From positions 1 through 41,226 of the forward strand of contig CAXXVK010000025.1 in NCBI GenBank assembly GCA_963676915.2: DNA of 41,226 nt, read 5' to 3'. How positions within the stretch are numbered: position 1 is the first letter of the stretch; the number at the start of each line of letters is the position of its first letter. The notes under the pieces were generated by a model. The model had not been told where the DNA came from, ran no database searches, and saw only the letters and a program-made list of their open reading frames with translations. Shown here one piece after another: positions 39,319 to 41,226 of this stretch. The position numbers and the translations under genes are program-made. Source of the stretch: Myxococcota bacterium (lineage in GTDB: Bacteria; Myxococcota_A; SURF-8; G963663525).

Positions 39319-41226
39319 ATGAAAATCGCTCAGGAATTCTTCTGTTTCGTGTTGCTCACTACACTCCTTTTTGCCTGCTCTTCCGGGGGGAGTACCGGAA
39401 GTCCCCTTGGCGATGAAGACGTCTCCGAGAACTCCGACCTTTCCGAAAGCGACGTTTCCCCGGAATCCGAGGAAGAATCCTCTCAGGGATTGCTTGTTGC
39501 CAGTCCGGAAGACATTCGCTTCGGCGCTGTCGTGTTGGGTGATACGGGGTCGGAAATGCTGACATTAACCAACAACGGCAAGGAAAACCTCACGATTTCC
39601 GTGGTGCGGACCAGCGAAGCCACGACGCCGGAGTTCTCCGTTCAGAAAATGCTGGAGGGGGAACAGACCGTGGATGTCCCCATTGTCCTCGTTCCGGACC
39701 AGAGGCTTGCAGTGAAATTGCAGTATGCTCCCGTGGACGCCGGATCGGATACCGGTACATTGCAAATCATCGGCGATAACTTTCAAGAGAACATCCTCGA
39801 AATCTCGCTGTTTGCCGACGAGAAAGGCGAATCGGCGTTGGATGTTTCCCCGCGTCTGGAATTCGGTTACGCCGGGAATATCGGAGAGGAGGAAACACGG
39901 GCGCTAACGATCTGGAATCTTCCCGACGATTCCGACACCAACCGGACGTTGCAAGTCACGAAGCTGGAGTTGACCCAAGGTAGCCGGGATTATCGCCTCG
40001 ATGTGGATACCTGCACCGCCAGTGCCTTGCATCCGATCCTTATCGCTCCCGGTCAAAGTCATTCCTGTGTCGTAGCGTTTTCTCCCCGGGAAGCCGGGGA
40101 GCTTTCCGGGGAGATTCGCATCGAAACCAACGCCAGCGAAGGCGAGACGAGTGGAGACATCAACCTTGCAGGCCGCTGTGTGCCGCCGGAAACGGTGTTG
40201 ACTCTGGTGGTGGACCCGCGTGGAGAACCCATACCGGGGGCTGCGTTGCGCCTCTGGGGTGAAGAAGCTGTACTATCGACTACCGACAGCCGAGGGCGTG
40301 CGGTGATTCTTCCCGAAGACGGTGGTCAGATCTTCGCGGCGGATGGGGCAACATCGGCAAAAGGCGTGTATTCTCGACAATATAAGCGAGTAATCCCTGA
40401 GGACGAGGTCACGGTCTTCGTGTTGGAAACCCTACCGGTGGAGGCATCTCAGCCCGTGTCGCACAAACAGCTTTCGGCGGCGAATCTCGATGGAGCACGG
40501 CTGGAGTTTTCGATAGACGACGTGCAGTTTCCCGACAATACGAAGACAGAACTTTTCATGGGCGAAGGTCACCCTTCGACGGCTCCTTACGACCCGCCGG
40601 AAGGCAAAGCGTTGGTGCAGATGTTCCACTTTGGACCGGATGGCACCACTTTTTCCACTCCGGCGAAATTGACCTTGCCGAATTCGCTGGAGTTGACTCC
40701 GGGCGAGCACATCGAATTTCATTCTTTCGACGAAACCACGTTGCAATGGGAGAAAGCGGCTGTGCTGGAAGTCAATGCAGAGGGCACGCTACTGGAAACC
40801 GTCGAGGGAGGAATTTCCCACTTCTCGGCAGGCGGGATTTTCCAACCGGAAGGCAGCTTGCCGGAATATACCGTGACGGGATTGGTTCAGGATGATTTTG
40901 AACAATTTCTCAGTGATATCAGTGTGTTCGCTCTAGGCTCTCGGGGACGGATGCTGGCTGACGATTCCAACAGCGAGGGTCGCTACACGATTTCCGGGAT
41001 ACGGGTGGCCTGTAACCAGTCGCCGTACCTTACGCTCGCCGCCAGTCGTAGCGGAAGTTTTTTAGATGACACGCTGACCTCGGTGGTGGCGGAAGTCTCG
41101 GAGGATCCGAGCCAAACCGTGCAGGCTCCGGTGCTGATCCTGCCGAACGATGTCGTCAAGGGCAGCGTGCGGGGCGTGGCGCTAAGTCCACTGGGAACGC
41201 CGGTGGAAAGCGCTCGTGTGACGGTG
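39319..41226 (+). CDS. Tandem paralog of the giant lipoprotein, 5' part (636 codons, runs off the right edge; absent from the ORF track)
   Basis: MKIAQEFFCFVLLTTLLFACSSGGSTG..., open to the window end and collinear with 31688-33595. Confidence 0.9.
   Translation, partial: MKIAQEFFCFVLLTTLLFACSSGGSTGSPLGDEDVSENSDLSESDVSPESEEESSQGLLVASPEDIRFGAVVLGDTGSEMLTLTNNGKENLTISVVRTSEATTPEFSVQKMLEGEQTVDVPIVLVPDQRLAVKLQYAPVDAGSDTGTLQIIGDNFQENILEISLFADEKGESALDVSPRLEFGYAGNIGEEETRALTIWNLPDDSDTNRTLQVTKLELTQGSRDYRLDVDTCTASALHPILIAPGQSHSCVVAFSPREAGELSGEIRIETNASEGETSGDINLAGRCVPPETVLTLVVDPRGEPIPGAALRLWGEEAVLSTTDSRGRAVILPEDGGQIFAADGATSAKGVYSRQYKRVIPEDEVTVFVLETLPVEASQPVSHKQLSAANLDGARLEFSIDDVQFPDNTKTELFMGEGHPSTAPYDPPEGKALVQMFHFGPDGTTFSTPAKLTLPNSLELTPGEHIEFHSFDETTLQWEKAAVLEVNAEGTLLETVEGGISHFSAGGIFQPEGSLPEYTVTGLVQDDFEQFLSDISVFALGSRGRMLADDSNSEGRYTISGIRVACNQSPYLTLAASRSGSFLDDTLTSVVAEVSEDPSQTVQAPVLILPNDVVKGSVRGVALSPLGTPVESARVTV

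Noticed and set aside
1-41226. CRISPR array or rRNA
   Set aside because: No regularly spaced identical repeats with unique spacers and no rRNA-like sequence were seen; the periodic repeats are intragenic.

Overview
This 41 kb window is GC-rich bacterial DNA, most likely Myxococcota or another deltaproteobacterial lineage (inferred from MYXO-CTERM-like tails and Cys-rich/acidic lipoproteins). Left part (1-12.9 kb): the 5' end of recN, a TPR-like lipoprotein, an orphan ParA with a Roadblock-like partner, a glycoside hydrolase/polysaccharide deacetylase pair, a chlI/chlD chelatase gene split by a -1 shift at an A10 run, an ACT protein, and a small MITE that contains a REP doublet. Middle part (13.1-23.6 kb, minus strand): one tightly coupled RiPP-like cassette. 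In transcription order it encodes a CSLREA surface protein, a frameshifted gingipain/PorU-like C25 peptidase, a 69-aa YxxP-leader peptide, a PqqD/RRE, an S26 peptidase, an HprK-like kinase, a radical SAM/SPASM enzyme, an ABC exporter and a nucleotidyltransferase. It has no lasso cyclase and is the best candidate for an uncharacterised system. Right part (24.1 kb to end): the 3' half of tRNA-Phe (att-like site), a rolling-circle HUH Rep, a complete group II intron, a gene relic, and an array of giant modular Cys-rich lipoproteins with DUF1566 and FGE-sulfatase C-terminal domains. The array includes a tandem paralog that runs off the window. All family calls come from motif recognition by eye, with no database searches.
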